From sequence record MH494197.1: a stretch of DNA of 64,000 nucleotides. The stretch is one strand, 5' to 3'. The notes under the pieces are model-generated. The model had not been told where the DNA came from, searched no databases, and saw only the letters and a program-made list of their open reading frames with translations. A program made the translations under genes and the position numbers. Positions 23,029 through 34,205 of the stretch are shown in pieces. Position 1 is the stretch's first letter, and every line of letters starts with the position of its first letter.

Positions 23029-24198
23029 ATGTTACCTTTTGCAAGAATGGTTAAGTACGGGAATATTGCACCTGTTCGCCCTGAAATAAAGAAATTGGAT
23101 GGTAGTCAATTACATGTCGGATTACTATATAGTACTGGTAATATGTATATGCGTGGTTCTGGTTCGAACTACAAGTTAGGTACAGGTGATGCTAGTGATG
23201 TATTAGATGGTTGGGTACATGTACCCTATGAAGTTGATGATTTTTGGGCGTGTGTGTCCGGTACATTAATAAAGACTAAAGACAATAAGTTATATTGTGC
23301 AGGACTATACATGGGTGGATATTTTGGTGCTAGTGGTTCATATGTTAACTGGACTGAAGTAACTTCATTATTTGTGGGTATTAACGTCTCACAAATAAAG
23401 AATATAGAATTTACATCAGCGAGTACTTCCGGTAGTACACTAATATTGATGTTAGATGGTAGTTTATATGGGTTCGGTATGAACAGTAGGTCGGAGTTAG
23501 GTGTTAATAACAAAGTCGTATCTCCTATTCTTATAGATACTGGGGTAAGTTCAATAGGAGCACATAAATTAGGTGGTTCATCGTTCCATTATATAAAAGA
23601 CGGTAAGTACTACAGATGTGGGACCGCGATTGGTAGTAATATAGGAAGTTCTTCTTTAACTACATTTACTGAATTGAGTATTGCTGATAATGTTATATCT
23701 ATGCAAATATTATTTGACAACGTACAGTTATTATGTTTTGGTAGTACTGGATATAGTATCTATATGGCTGGTTCTAATGATTATGGTGGAAGAGGTGTTG
23801 GTGGTAGTACTGTTTACACTACATTCAGGAAAATAGATCTTACTGGATTTGGTGTTGTTCCCAGTGAAATACTATTTGAAAATGCAGGGAATGGTTATGT
23901 TAATATATCAACTGATAGTACTGGCATATATACATGTGGTGGTGGTGCTGGTGTTAATGGTTTAGGTAGACCGAGTAATGTTATATCAAGTTCACAGTTG
24001 GGTTTGATTGAGTTCAGTACAGGATTATACCCAGCAAATATAAGTCGTGTATTTTCACAGAGTTCATCTTCTGTTATATATTGTATAGTTAATAATGAAT
24101 TGTACTGGGCTGGGAGTAATTCATATTTTACTGATCAAACTACAAATACTGGTACACAATTTTCATTTATTAAGATGAAGGATATGCCTTCTGCTTAG
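23029..24198 (+). CDS. Leader-tagged RCC1-like protein #8 (intact, 389 aa)
   Basis: MLPFARMVKYGN; MYMRGSGSNYKLGTG and LYGFGMNSRSELG repeats. Confidence 0.9.
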   Translation: MLPFARMVKYGNIAPVRPEIKKLDGSQLHVGLLYSTGNMYMRGSGSNYKLGTGDASDVLDGWVHVPYEVDDFWACVSGTLIKTKDNKLYCAGLYMGGYFGASGSYVNWTEVTSLFVGINVSQIKNIEFTSASTSGSTLILMLDGSLYGFGMNSRSELGVNNKVVSPILIDTGVSSIGAHKLGGSSFHYIKDGKYYRCGTAIGSNIGSSSLTTFTELSIADNVISMQILFDNVQLLCFGSTGYSIYMAGSNDYGGRGVGGSTVYTTFRKIDLTGFGVVPSEILFENAGNGYVNISTDSTGIYTCGGGAGVNGLGRPSNVISSSQLGLIEFSTGLYPANISRVFSQSSSSVIYCIVNNELYWAGSNSYFTDQTTNTGTQFSFIKMKDMPSA

Positions 24199-24265
24199 AT
24201 TTTATGCCAGTACTCTGTACTGGCATTTCTTTATTAAATATAGTATAATGAATAAAGGAGGAAAT

Positions 24266-25420
24266 ATGTTACCTTTTGTAAGAATGTTTGATTATGGGAA
24301 TGAAGCACCTGTGCCAGTTGGTATAAAGATGGTAAAAGTTTTACAGAATAATGTGTTTATTTTATTAGAAGACGGAAGATTATATGGCAGAGGGCATAAT
24401 TTTTACTATCAATTAGGTACTGGTAGTAGTTCTCCTACTATAGTTGAAGAGTGGGTTTTATGTTTAACTGATGTAAAGGAATTTTGGACTACTGGTGATA
24501 CACAAGGAATATTAGTACGTAAAAATGATGGCACATGGTGGAGTACTGGTACTCAAATCTATCGTGGTGTTAATACTACTTATCGTGTATGGACAGAAAT
24601 ACTTGGTATTTTTAATGATGTGAATGACACATATAGTAAAATAGTTATAGGAAGCGGCGTTACATTATTATTAACAATAGATAATAAATTATATAAGATG
24701 GGTGACAATAACAACGGTGAAGTTTTACTGGGGCTGTTGGTCAAAGAGTATCAGTACTGACATTGACACCAGAAGTTAATGTTAAAGATATTGGTGTAAC
24801 CGCGAATAATGCTTCATTTGTATTATACAATGATGGAACATTAAAGTACAGTGGGAATAAATCTAGTATTGGTTCGACTGGTACGACTAGTACAACTCCC
24901 ACATTGACTACTGTTACTACTGGAGTATTACAGATAAATTCGGAAAATGCATATAGTGCTAATTACGTATTAAAGAGTGATGGGCTATATGTATTCGGTT
25001 CACAAATAGATGGACAGTTGGGTGATGGCACTGATGGCACTATTAACAGTCTTAGAACAATCACAAAGATACCAGCTTCTAGTATTCCTAGTACTGCTAT
25101 TGATTACATAGGTGGTTCTAATTTTGAAGCACACGTTAGAGCAGGTGGTATATGGTATTTCGCTGGGCGTGGAAACGCTTCTGGAGATGGAATAACGAAC
25201 TCTAATGTTATTAAAACATGGCGTGCATGTACTAATATAACTGAACCAGTTCCATATGATAAAATGACACATGGTTATATGATAACATTCATGTTAAAAA
25301 CGGTGAATTATATGGTTCAGGGAATGGTGGTAGAACTGCTGGTATGGGTACAATTCCGTATGAAGAAGAAAATGCCGGAAATACAGGATTATTTAAAAAA
25401 TAGTTACACCGAGTTAAAAT
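24266..25420 (+). CDS. Leader-tagged RCC1-like protein #9 (frameshifted)
   Basis: MLPFVRMFDYGN; LYGRGHNFYYQLGTG and LYVFGSQIDGQLGDG repeats. Confidence 0.8.
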
Positions 25421-25488
25421 TAAAAGCCAGTACTCTGTACTGGCATTTCTTTGTATTAAATATAGTATAATGAATAAAGGAGGGAATT

Positions 25489-26626
25489 ATGTTACCTTTT
25501 GCAAGAATGGTTAAGTACGGGAATATTGCACCAGTTCCGGTAGTTCCTACAATAAAAGATTTTAAGATTGGATTTTCACATGAAGTGTTATTGGACAGTG
25601 CAGGTGATGTATGGGGTATTGGATACAATACAGATGGGCAGTTGGCTTTTTGGATGCAAACACCAATTCATTAGGTGCGTGGTCTAAGATATATACTGAT
25701 GTTCGATTAATTGGAGTTACTGCTAGATATACAGTGGTAGTTACTAATAATAATAGAATACTATACGCAGGAAATAACTTAATTTCTAGTACTACCACTC
25801 TTGGGTGGACCGATATAACTACCAGTATGGGTCCGGTTGCGGTGGATAGCATCGATGCATTATATTGTACAGAGGGTATGATGCATATTAAAACTTCAGA
25901 TGGTTCTTTATATGCATATGGTCGTAACATGAACGCAAACAGTGGTGTTACTGGTGGTGTTATTAGTGTTGCAACTAAGGTTAATTTGCCTTCTGCTGTA
26001 AATGACATGCGATATACGTTTAGTTATGGTTCAGTACTATGTAGATTGGATACGACTTCTATATACGCATGGGGACGAAACATAAATGGTGAATTAGGTC
26101 AGGGTAATGCAACAGCCATTGTTACTCCAAAACTATTGTCTGGTTCTTCTATTGCAATGGGTACTTCGTATAATGCTACTGCAATTGTTTCTGGTTCTGC
26201 ATTGTTGCTTACATGTGGTGGACAAAACAGTGGGCAGTTAGGTAATGGTATTACAACTGATGGTAATGTATACACCTTTGGTGTCAGGACATACCAGCGA
26301 TCTTAATACAATAAGAAGTCCAGTGGATTGCAGTACAACGTACACCTCTGCATTTATGAGTCCAGATGGTATATATTACACTGGTGCTAACCGAAGTATG
26401 TTTGGTGGTATTAGTGGTGGTGCTACCGTTGGAATATATACTAAATGTAGTGATTTACCAATAACATATTCTAATATAATTCAGTGGAGTAGTGGTACTA
26501 TTGGTGGTGCTATATGTAGTAGTACAGAGTTATACCAATGTGGTATAGGTAGATACATTGCTGGTGATGGTGCGAGCACAACCGTATGGATTTAGGAAGA
26601 CACCATTACCTTGGGATACTTATTGA
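25489..26626 (+). CDS. Leader-tagged RCC1-like protein #10 (frameshifted)
   Basis: MLPFARMVKYGN; IYAWGRNINGELGQG and TCGGQNSGQLGNG repeats. Confidence 0.8.
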
Positions 26627-26695
26627 CATTACGCCAGTACTTGATACTGGCTTTTCTTTTGATTAAATATAGTATAATGAATAAAGGAGGGAATT

Positions 26696-27884
26696 ATGTT
26701 ACCTTTTGTTAGAATGTTTGATTATGGGAATATCACACCTGAACCTCTTCAAATTAAGAAAATAATACCAACTGATACTGAGGTTGTTGTACTTTATACC
26801 GACGGTCAACTATACGCACGAGGCAGTAATAGTTATGGGAAGTTTGGTAGAGGAAATAATAATGCAGTAAGGTCGTGGACATTAATTAGAGAAAATGTCA
26901 AAGATTGCTGGATGACACAAGGAACTTTGTTAGTTCAAGATAAGGACTTAAATTATTTTTATTGTGGATATGGTAGTCATATTGGTTTAGAAACTAGTAC
27001 TACATCATTTTTAAGTTATAACCAATATATTGAAAATTTGTACACACAAAGTTCAGGTACTTCAATTAAACAGATGTATGCAGGTACTACTTGGTTTACT
27101 TTCTTAATGGATAATAATACAATATGGAGTACTGGTTGGAGTGGGGCTAGACAATTCGCTGATGGTACTGGTAGTACTCAACAAATAACAGATGGATCAT
27201 TTGTAAAAGCTGTCACGCCTAATGTTGATATTGCACGAATACAGTCAACAAATAGCTGTGTAATGTTTTATGATACACAAAATAATTTATATATTGGTGG
27301 TAGTACATCAGGTATAAGTACTACTGATACATGGACTCCATACAATCAATATACTTTATATCAGCCAAGTACAACATATACAAAAACATTACAATATGTT
27401 GTATGTACAATTGGTGCAGTCAGTGCTTTAGTGGAGAATCCAAGTACAGGAGCACGTCAGTTCCTAGTGGGTGGGAACGCCAATAATGGGGCATGGGGTA
27501 ATAACACTACGTCTAGTACAGCACGAGCAGTATTAGGAAATAATAGTACAACCTTACCACCGTACTTTGTATTCAATTCATACTGGATACCCAGCACAAT
27601 CTAGTATACTAGTTACGAGTTCTGGTGTATATGCAACAGGTTTAAATGCGAGTAGTTATGCTGGTTCATTGGGTGTTGGTTCTAATGTTACCATTGGTAA
27701 ATTTACTGCATGTCCATTGCCGTCAGAAATAACATATTCTATGTATGATAAAATAAAAATATATCGAGGGTCGTTACGTACTTTCCTAACTGCTGATATG
27801 AAAAATATATATTCAACCGGAACTTATGATGATGGTGGTCCTAGTACAAATAGATATGTACTGGATACACCTAGACAATTGTAA
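26696..27884 (+). CDS. Leader-tagged RCC1-like protein #11 (one frameshift)
   Basis: MLPFVRMFDYGN; LYARGSNSYGKFGRG repeat. Confidence 0.85.
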
Positions 27885-27948
27885 AAAAGCCAGTATCAAG
27901 TACTGGCTTTTCTTTGTTAAATATAGTATAATGAATAAAGGAGGAATT

Positions 27949-28683
27949 ATGTTACCTTTTGCTAGAATGGTTAAGTACGGGAATAAAATTGAATATAAGC
28001 CACATGGTGAACAATTAATCACGACAATAGGAACAACACAATTTACAGTTCCTGCTGGCGTTACCGAAATATCAGTATGTGTTATTTCGCCGGTGGTCAA
28101 CGTGGTGCTGGCGGCGGCTTATCGTGGCGTAATAATATTCCGGTTTCTGGTGGTGAGTACTTAAGTGTTTCTCTTACATCCCAACACTACTACAGCAGTT
28201 GAAAACGGTTTATATCGTGGAACTGAAAAACTATGTGTTAGCTTCACTGGTGCATATACGGTTGGTGGACTAGGTGGAAAAGCTGCTAACGCTATTAATG
28301 ATGGTGGTGGTAATGGTGGCAACACTGGTTTAAGTGGTGGTGCAGTCATTGGTGGTGGTGCTGGTGGCTACACTGGTAAAGGTGGTAACGGAAATGCAAT
28401 CACTGGTGAAAATGGTGCTGGGGGCGGCGGTGGTGGTGGTGCATTCTATAATACCTCGTTCATTGGTACGGGTGGTGGTACTGGTATCATTGTTCAAGGT
28501 GCTAATGGTATTGGTGGTAGCTACGATGGTTCATATAATGGTGGTGCTGGTAGTGGTGGTGCTGGTAATAGGTATGGTGGTGGTGGTAGTATATGGGATA
28601 ATTCTTCTTATACGGCGGCTGGTGGTGGTGCTGTGCGAATAATATGGGGACGTGGGAGATATTATCCTAATAATTCAGTCTAA
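27949..28683 (+). CDS. Leader-tagged glycine-rich protein #12 (not a propeller)
   Basis: MLPFARMVKYGN, then FTVPAGVTEISVCVI and GGxG-rich repeats ending GGGAVRIIWG, typical of Gly-rich domains on phage fibre/structural proteins. Confidence 0.8.
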
Positions 28684-28752
28684 AATATAGGCCAGTACTT
28701 GATACTGGCTTTTCTTTGAATTAAATATAGTATAATGAATAAAGGAGGAAAT

Positions 28753-29866
28753 ATGTTACCTTTTGTTAGAATGTTTGATTACGGGAATATTGCACCTGAA
28801 GCTCCAAAGATAAAGAAAGTACTGTGCGGTCTTGATAATTTGTACGTCCTCTATGACGATGGCTCACTTTATGGTTGTGGGGTTAATTCGTATTTTCAGT
28901 TAAACGTTACAAATACAGCAACAAGAAATACTTGGATATTAATTTCAGAAGGTGTTACTGATGCATGGGCTGGGGCGTACAATATTCTTTATATCAAGGG
29001 TGAAGAATTCATAATGCATGGAGTTACCACACAATTAGGCACAGGAAATACTATGATTCCGTTGGGTGGTTTGAATGTTACTTCTTCATTTCCACATATA
29101 TCTAATATTAAAATGATATCAATCGGTGCAGATACAATGCACTACGTTGATGCTAGTGGTTCGATTGTTTATGGTAGAGGCATGAATGGTAACTATTCAC
29201 TCGGTGGTGGGTATTCCACGGCTCAGAGTACTTTTGTTTCAGTTATTAATACCGGAGCTAATACAGTCCTTGATATATTGGGTACACAGAATAACACATT
29301 AATATTAACATCAAATGGTGAACTTCTCGGTTGTGGGAGTAGTGAGTATGGCTCACTTGGCGTAAGTCAAGGACAGTATACTACACTAGTAAGCAGGTTA
29401 ACCAGTGTTAAACTGTTTGGTGGTAACAGTACTGGTACTCTTGCTTATTCAGCCAGCAATATATACAACGCAGGTTGGCAGTATGTTGGTCAACTTGGTA
29501 ACGGTATTACAACGAACACACTAGTATATCCATTTGCATTTAACTCCACTACTATTGATAGTAACATACATAAAATATCAAAATCAAGTACATCTTCACG
29601 TGTTAATATGTACGCAACAACCGAAGGAAAGATATATAGTACTGGTGAATTTGGTAGAAATGGTTCTGGTGGTAGTTTGAGTAGATTCACCAATACACTA
29701 ACTTTAGATAATTACAACCCAGAAAAATCAGCATTATACACATGTGCACATTTTAGTATAGTATTTGATGGTAATAATCAAATTTATGCTTGTGGTTCTT
29801 TTTGTATGTGCGTTCTATTACCACGAACTCATGGTCTGCAATTACAATGCCGAAATGATACTATAA
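28753..29866 (+). CDS. Leader-tagged RCC1-like protein #13
   Basis: MLPFVRMFDYGN; nearly intact, close paralog of #1. A late indel lets the ORF track run to 29907. Confidence 0.85.
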
Positions 29867-29936
29867 AACTATGCCAGTACTTGATGCTGGCATTTCTTTT
29901 GTATTAAATATAGTATAATGAATAAAGGAGGAAAAT

Positions 29937-31070
29937 ATGTTACCTTTTGCAAGAATGGTTAAGTACGGAAATAAAAGACCATCTAATAATATCAAAAGAT
30001 TTCATGTACAACCAATAACAGTGTTTTGGTGCTCACCGAAAGTGGAGATTTGTATGGTTTTGGATTCAATTCAGGTGGTGAACTTGGCACTGGTGCAAAA
30101 CTAGTGTTACTTCAGTTATTCAAATTGACACTGGAGTTGATGATGTATGGGGTGGTAGTCTATGTGCAATGTACAGAAAAGGCGATGAATTCTTTGGCAG
30201 CGGGACGGTTCTTATTATGGTTCAAGTGCTGTTAACTCAACCACATTTGTAAATGTAACACACATATTCCAAGATATAGATATTCTTAATATTAAGAAAA
30301 TTAAAATGACAACAGGTTTGTTTATATTAATGCAAAACGGCAACTTATATGGATGTGGGGTAAACACCAATTGTCAATTTGGTACTGGTGAGGCAGTGAA
30401 TTTTCGTTATCCTATAGCTACATTAACACAAACGGATGTTGTTGATTTTGATATTTTAGGAAACTCTAGTATAATATTAAAGACCGATGGGTACATGTAC
30501 AGTGCGGGTGATAATGGTCGTGGACAACTTGGTAGTTCTACTGCAACCACACTTCTGGTATATACACAAATTAGTAAATTTCCAAACGTAACCAATTTGG
30601 ATCTGTTCGGACACTCACAAGTTACTTCATTATTCAAAGATAGTGATGGTAAAACGTGGTTGAGTGGTAATAGTTATGGTATTGATTACCCAGTAGTAGC
30701 TACAACATTATTCAGTAAAGAAGCACCAGTACCTGAAGGTACATTTCGTTTTATCAACACAAGGGCAGGGTCAAATACACCAATAATATGTACACCCACT
30801 GGGTATTATGTTGCTGGTACTAACCCTTATGGTGCATATGGTATAGGTACGAATGTAACTCTGACAACATTCACAAGAATGGATTCTATGGATAGATACA
30901 TATCTGATTATAATAATGTTCCTGTTTTCGATGGATGTTTCTATGGGACATATTTTGCAGTTGGGGAACGTCTGTTTGGTGCAGGTAATGGTAATACTGG
31001 TAATGTTCCGGATATACTGGATCACAGCGTAACTATGTGGAAATTAATTATAAAAATAATTAAACCTTAA
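29937..31070 (+). CDS. Leader-tagged RCC1-like protein #14 (frameshifted)
   Basis: MLPFARMVKYGN at 29937; MYSAGDNGRGQLG and LYGCGVNTNCQFGTG repeats. Confidence 0.8.
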
Positions 31071-31138
31071 TACTATGCCAGTACTTGATACTGGCTTTTC
31101 TTTGGTTAAATATAGTATAAAGAATAAAGGAGGGAATT

Positions 31139-32308
31139 ATGTTACCTTTTGCTAGAATGGTTAAGTACGGGAATACTATACCCAAACCCGCTGGTGTGAA
31201 GAAAATTAGTACTTCCATTAATCACGTTGGGATGTTATTCGATAATGGAAATTTATATCTACGTGGGGTGGTGGTGAGTATAAGTTAGGAAATGACAGTA
31301 CTGGATTCGTACAGAATGGTTGGGTTAAGTGTCCATATAGCGTTGCTGATGTTTGGTGCTTCACTTACGCGACAATTATACTTACTACAAGTGGTGAATT
31401 ATACTTAGCTGGACAATTGGGTTATGTTGGTGTAGTTGCAGCGAGCGTACGGATGGACTAATATTACATCTAATTTATCCTCAATACCTGCACTTAGTAC
31501 TATACAAAACATAGCTTATACTGAGACTACAATTTACAATGGTGCTATATTAATTTTGTTAAGCAACGGGGACTTATATGGTATAGGTCGTAATGGTGGT
31601 GGTGTATTAGGCGTTTCTGGAATCCAATCAACTGCACTTAAGATTGACACAGGTGTTACTTTAATTGCTGGCACAGACCGTTCAGCGGCGTTACATTATG
31701 TGAAAAATGGTCAATACTACAGATGTGGGAATAATTCTCGCTACAACCTAGGAACAAGCTCTTCTGTTTTATCTACATTTACGGTAAGTACAGATATCAC
31801 AGGAACCGTACTGGGATTGCATGTACTACAAATGCGACTTCAGTACTGACATCATATAATGGTACTATTAGAGTGTATAGTGCTGGGACGAATACCGATT
31901 ATACGTTAGGTATTGGTTATGGAGATACCAGTATAATAATGAGTCCATTTAGTGCTACACCTCCAATTTATGGTATTGTACCAGATGCGGCATCACTGAA
32001 TAATTCTTGTATTAATTCTAATATGATTGCGATGACACAGGGTGGTAAATTGTATACATGTGGTAATGGTGTTGCTCTTGGTAGAGAAATCACTGCATCG
32101 ACACCTAGAACGGCGTACTATCCAGTACTATTTGAGGATTCAAATACTGCACTTGATGTTAATGCTTTTGCAGTGCAGGGGGTTCCGGTGTGTTATACGC
32201 ATTAGTGGGGGCAAATGAGGTTTACTGGTGTGGTAGTGGTTCTATGTTCCGGAACAGAGTGCAGGTACACAACAAGTTAAAATGAAGAAAATGATTTTAC
32301 CAGAATAG
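31139..32308 (+). CDS. Leader-tagged RCC1-like protein #15 (frameshifted; paralog of #8)
   Basis: MLPFARMVKYGN at 31139; LYGIGRNGGGVLG and YYRCGNNSRYNLG repeats. Confidence 0.8.
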
Positions 32309-32317
32309 GAGGAAAAT

Positions 32318-33449
32318 ATGTTACCTTTTGCAAGAATGGTTAAGTACGGGAATATAAAAGTAAAGAGTACTATCCAAAAAGTTATCCTTGGTGGTGGTGG
32401 TCAATGTGTGGTAACATTACTCAGTGATGGTAGAGTGTATGGACGTGGATACAATACAACATATGGGTTGGGTACTGGTACAACAACATTCGTAAGTGAT
32501 TGGGTATTAATGGGCGATAATATTGTTGATATCCATTCAAATGGTGTTACTGGCACATTCCTTATTACCAAAGAAAATAGAATTTTGTATTCTGGTTTTG
32601 CGACACCAATCAATGGCACAACATCACATTATACACGTTTCACTGATTTAACATCAACTGTATTTGCTGCGGTGGATGTTAGTAATATTAAAACAATTAC
32701 GGGAAATGGTAATGTTACAATGGTTCTTTTGAATGATGGTTCACTTTATGGGAGTGCAAATACAGGGTTATAGGTAATGGTAGTAACGTTGCATTATCAA
32801 CACAAACATATGTGACTAATGATGTGCGTGATGTGAAAACATATCCATCAATGAACACTATAACAAAAATAATAATCAAATATTGGCTAGTGGTATTTTA
32901 TACCAAGGCGTGAACGGTACAAATTCATCAATAAACACGTCTTCATATACATTACTGTACACATTACCGAGTTCTGATTGTTTTCAATTTGCATTTGATA
33001 CATATACATTTGGATATGTTGACCCTAGTACTAACACTTCTTATATAAGAGGTATACCAATAAATGGTTCATTAGGTAATGGCGTTACTAATAATACAGC
33101 AGTTACAACATGGGTTACTAAAGTTTGGAATACACCAATTGATAGTTCTATACCTAATAAATCATATACAACTAACCATGTCTCCTTGTTCAATGATGGA
33201 AACTTATGGACAACTGGTGCATCTAGTGTCGGCTATTCCAATGGTACAAATAGCACAACAGCTAATACATGGACCAGTTCATCTAATTTACCATTCAACA
33301 CTAATAACATAACAGACTATGCTTTTGGTGGTAGTATTACTGTGGTGGTAATCGACTATAGGACTATGTACATACTAGCTAACAACGCCATTGCTGGTAC
33401 TGCTACGACAACTTATAAATTTGAGCCATATAATTCTCCACCAGTTTAA
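32318..33449 (+). CDS. Leader-tagged RCC1-like protein #16 (frameshifted)
   Basis: MLPFARMVKYGN; VYGRGYNTTYGLGTG repeat. Confidence 0.8.
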
Positions 33450-33479
33450 TATAATGCCAGTACTATGTACTGGCTTTCT

Positions 33480-33857
33480 TTACATATTATATAATGTGAA
33501 TGCTGTCACTTTACCAGTTGTTGTTAGTTCATTATAAAGATACTCCAATATTCTCGCACACTCTAAGTATATCTCGATATCATCATGAATAAGTGAGTAC
33601 TGAAATAGCTGTTCTTCAGATAATTTGTATTGACTTCCTTTTAATGAATTGAGAATATCTTTCACATCATCAAGTACTGGGTAAAGTACGAAATCTTCAT
33701 CATATTTTGAAGCAATAAATTCAAATCCACCACCATCAGTACTAGATATACCAATCAGTACTTTATCAACCAAGTTAATGTTTATATAACGGTTGTGATT
33801 TGGGTGAATTGAAATCTCAAACATACGAGTACTGTTACAATCAACATCAATATACAA
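33480..33857 (-). CDS. Hypothetical protein (125 aa, EEQLFQYSL motif)
   Basis: Intact ORF inserted in opposite orientation within the array. Confidence 0.75.
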   Translation of the reverse strand: MYIDVDCNSTRMFEISIHPNHNRYININLVDKVLIGISSTDGGGFEFIASKYDEDFVLYPVLDDVKDILNSLKGSQYKLSEEQLFQYSLIHDDIEIYLECARILEYLYNELTTTGKVTAFTLYNM

Positions 33858-33903
33858 ATATACATCGTTGAATTTATAAGTTAAGCAACCGTACTCAAGA
33901 AAA

Positions 33904-34128
33904 TCAGAGCAAATAATTGATGAGTTTTTCTCGTCTCTGCGTAATGCATCTTGATATTCTTTTCACGCATAAGTAATTCGAACTTTGCACTAAACTTGCC
34001 ACCAGTAAGATAATTAGTATTAGGACGTTTGTAACTTGCAACTGGTCGGTGGGATGATGTAAAGTATTTTTTGTGAATCGTTTCTGTTTAGTGAAATATT
34101 CTTGATAGAACTTACTTCTTTTATTCAT
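33904..34128 (-). CDS. Hypothetical protein
   Basis: ORF upstream of 33480-33857 on the same strand; probably has an indel. Confidence 0.55.
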   Translation of the reverse strand: MNKRSKFYQEYFTKQKRFTKNTLHHPTDQLQVTNVLILIILLVASLVQSSNYLCVKRISRCITQRREKLINYLL

Positions 34129-34205
34129 GAGTACCTCAATTAAATCGCTGTAAAATTGTACATTATAAAATGATTAAATAAAGTATAACACAAGGAGATT
34201 TTATC

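Larger units (their letters stand above)
15832..31141 (+). promoter_or_regulatory. Repeated ~65-bp terminator/promoter/RBS cassette in front of the array genes
   Basis: GCCAGTA-CT(T/C)(GA/TG)-T(A/G)CTGGC + T-tract + TAAATATAGTATAATGAATAAAGGAGG(G/A)AA(T)(T)ATG before #2, 3, 8, 9, 10, 11, 12, 13, 14 and 15; variants before #1, 5 and 6. Confidence 0.9.

Noticed and set aside
24248-28752. MNKGGN N-terminal extension in ORF-track entries 24248 and 28735
   Set aside because: This ATG lies in the promoter/RBS (TATAATGAATAAAGGAGG) and is in frame only in some copies; the true start follows the SD.
15832-31141. CRISPR array or mini-array from the regularly spaced repeats
   Set aside because: The spacers are ~1.1-kb genes and the repeats are terminator/promoter/RBS units; there are no cas genes. 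The 204-nt repeats at 39.4-40.5 kb are protein-coding.
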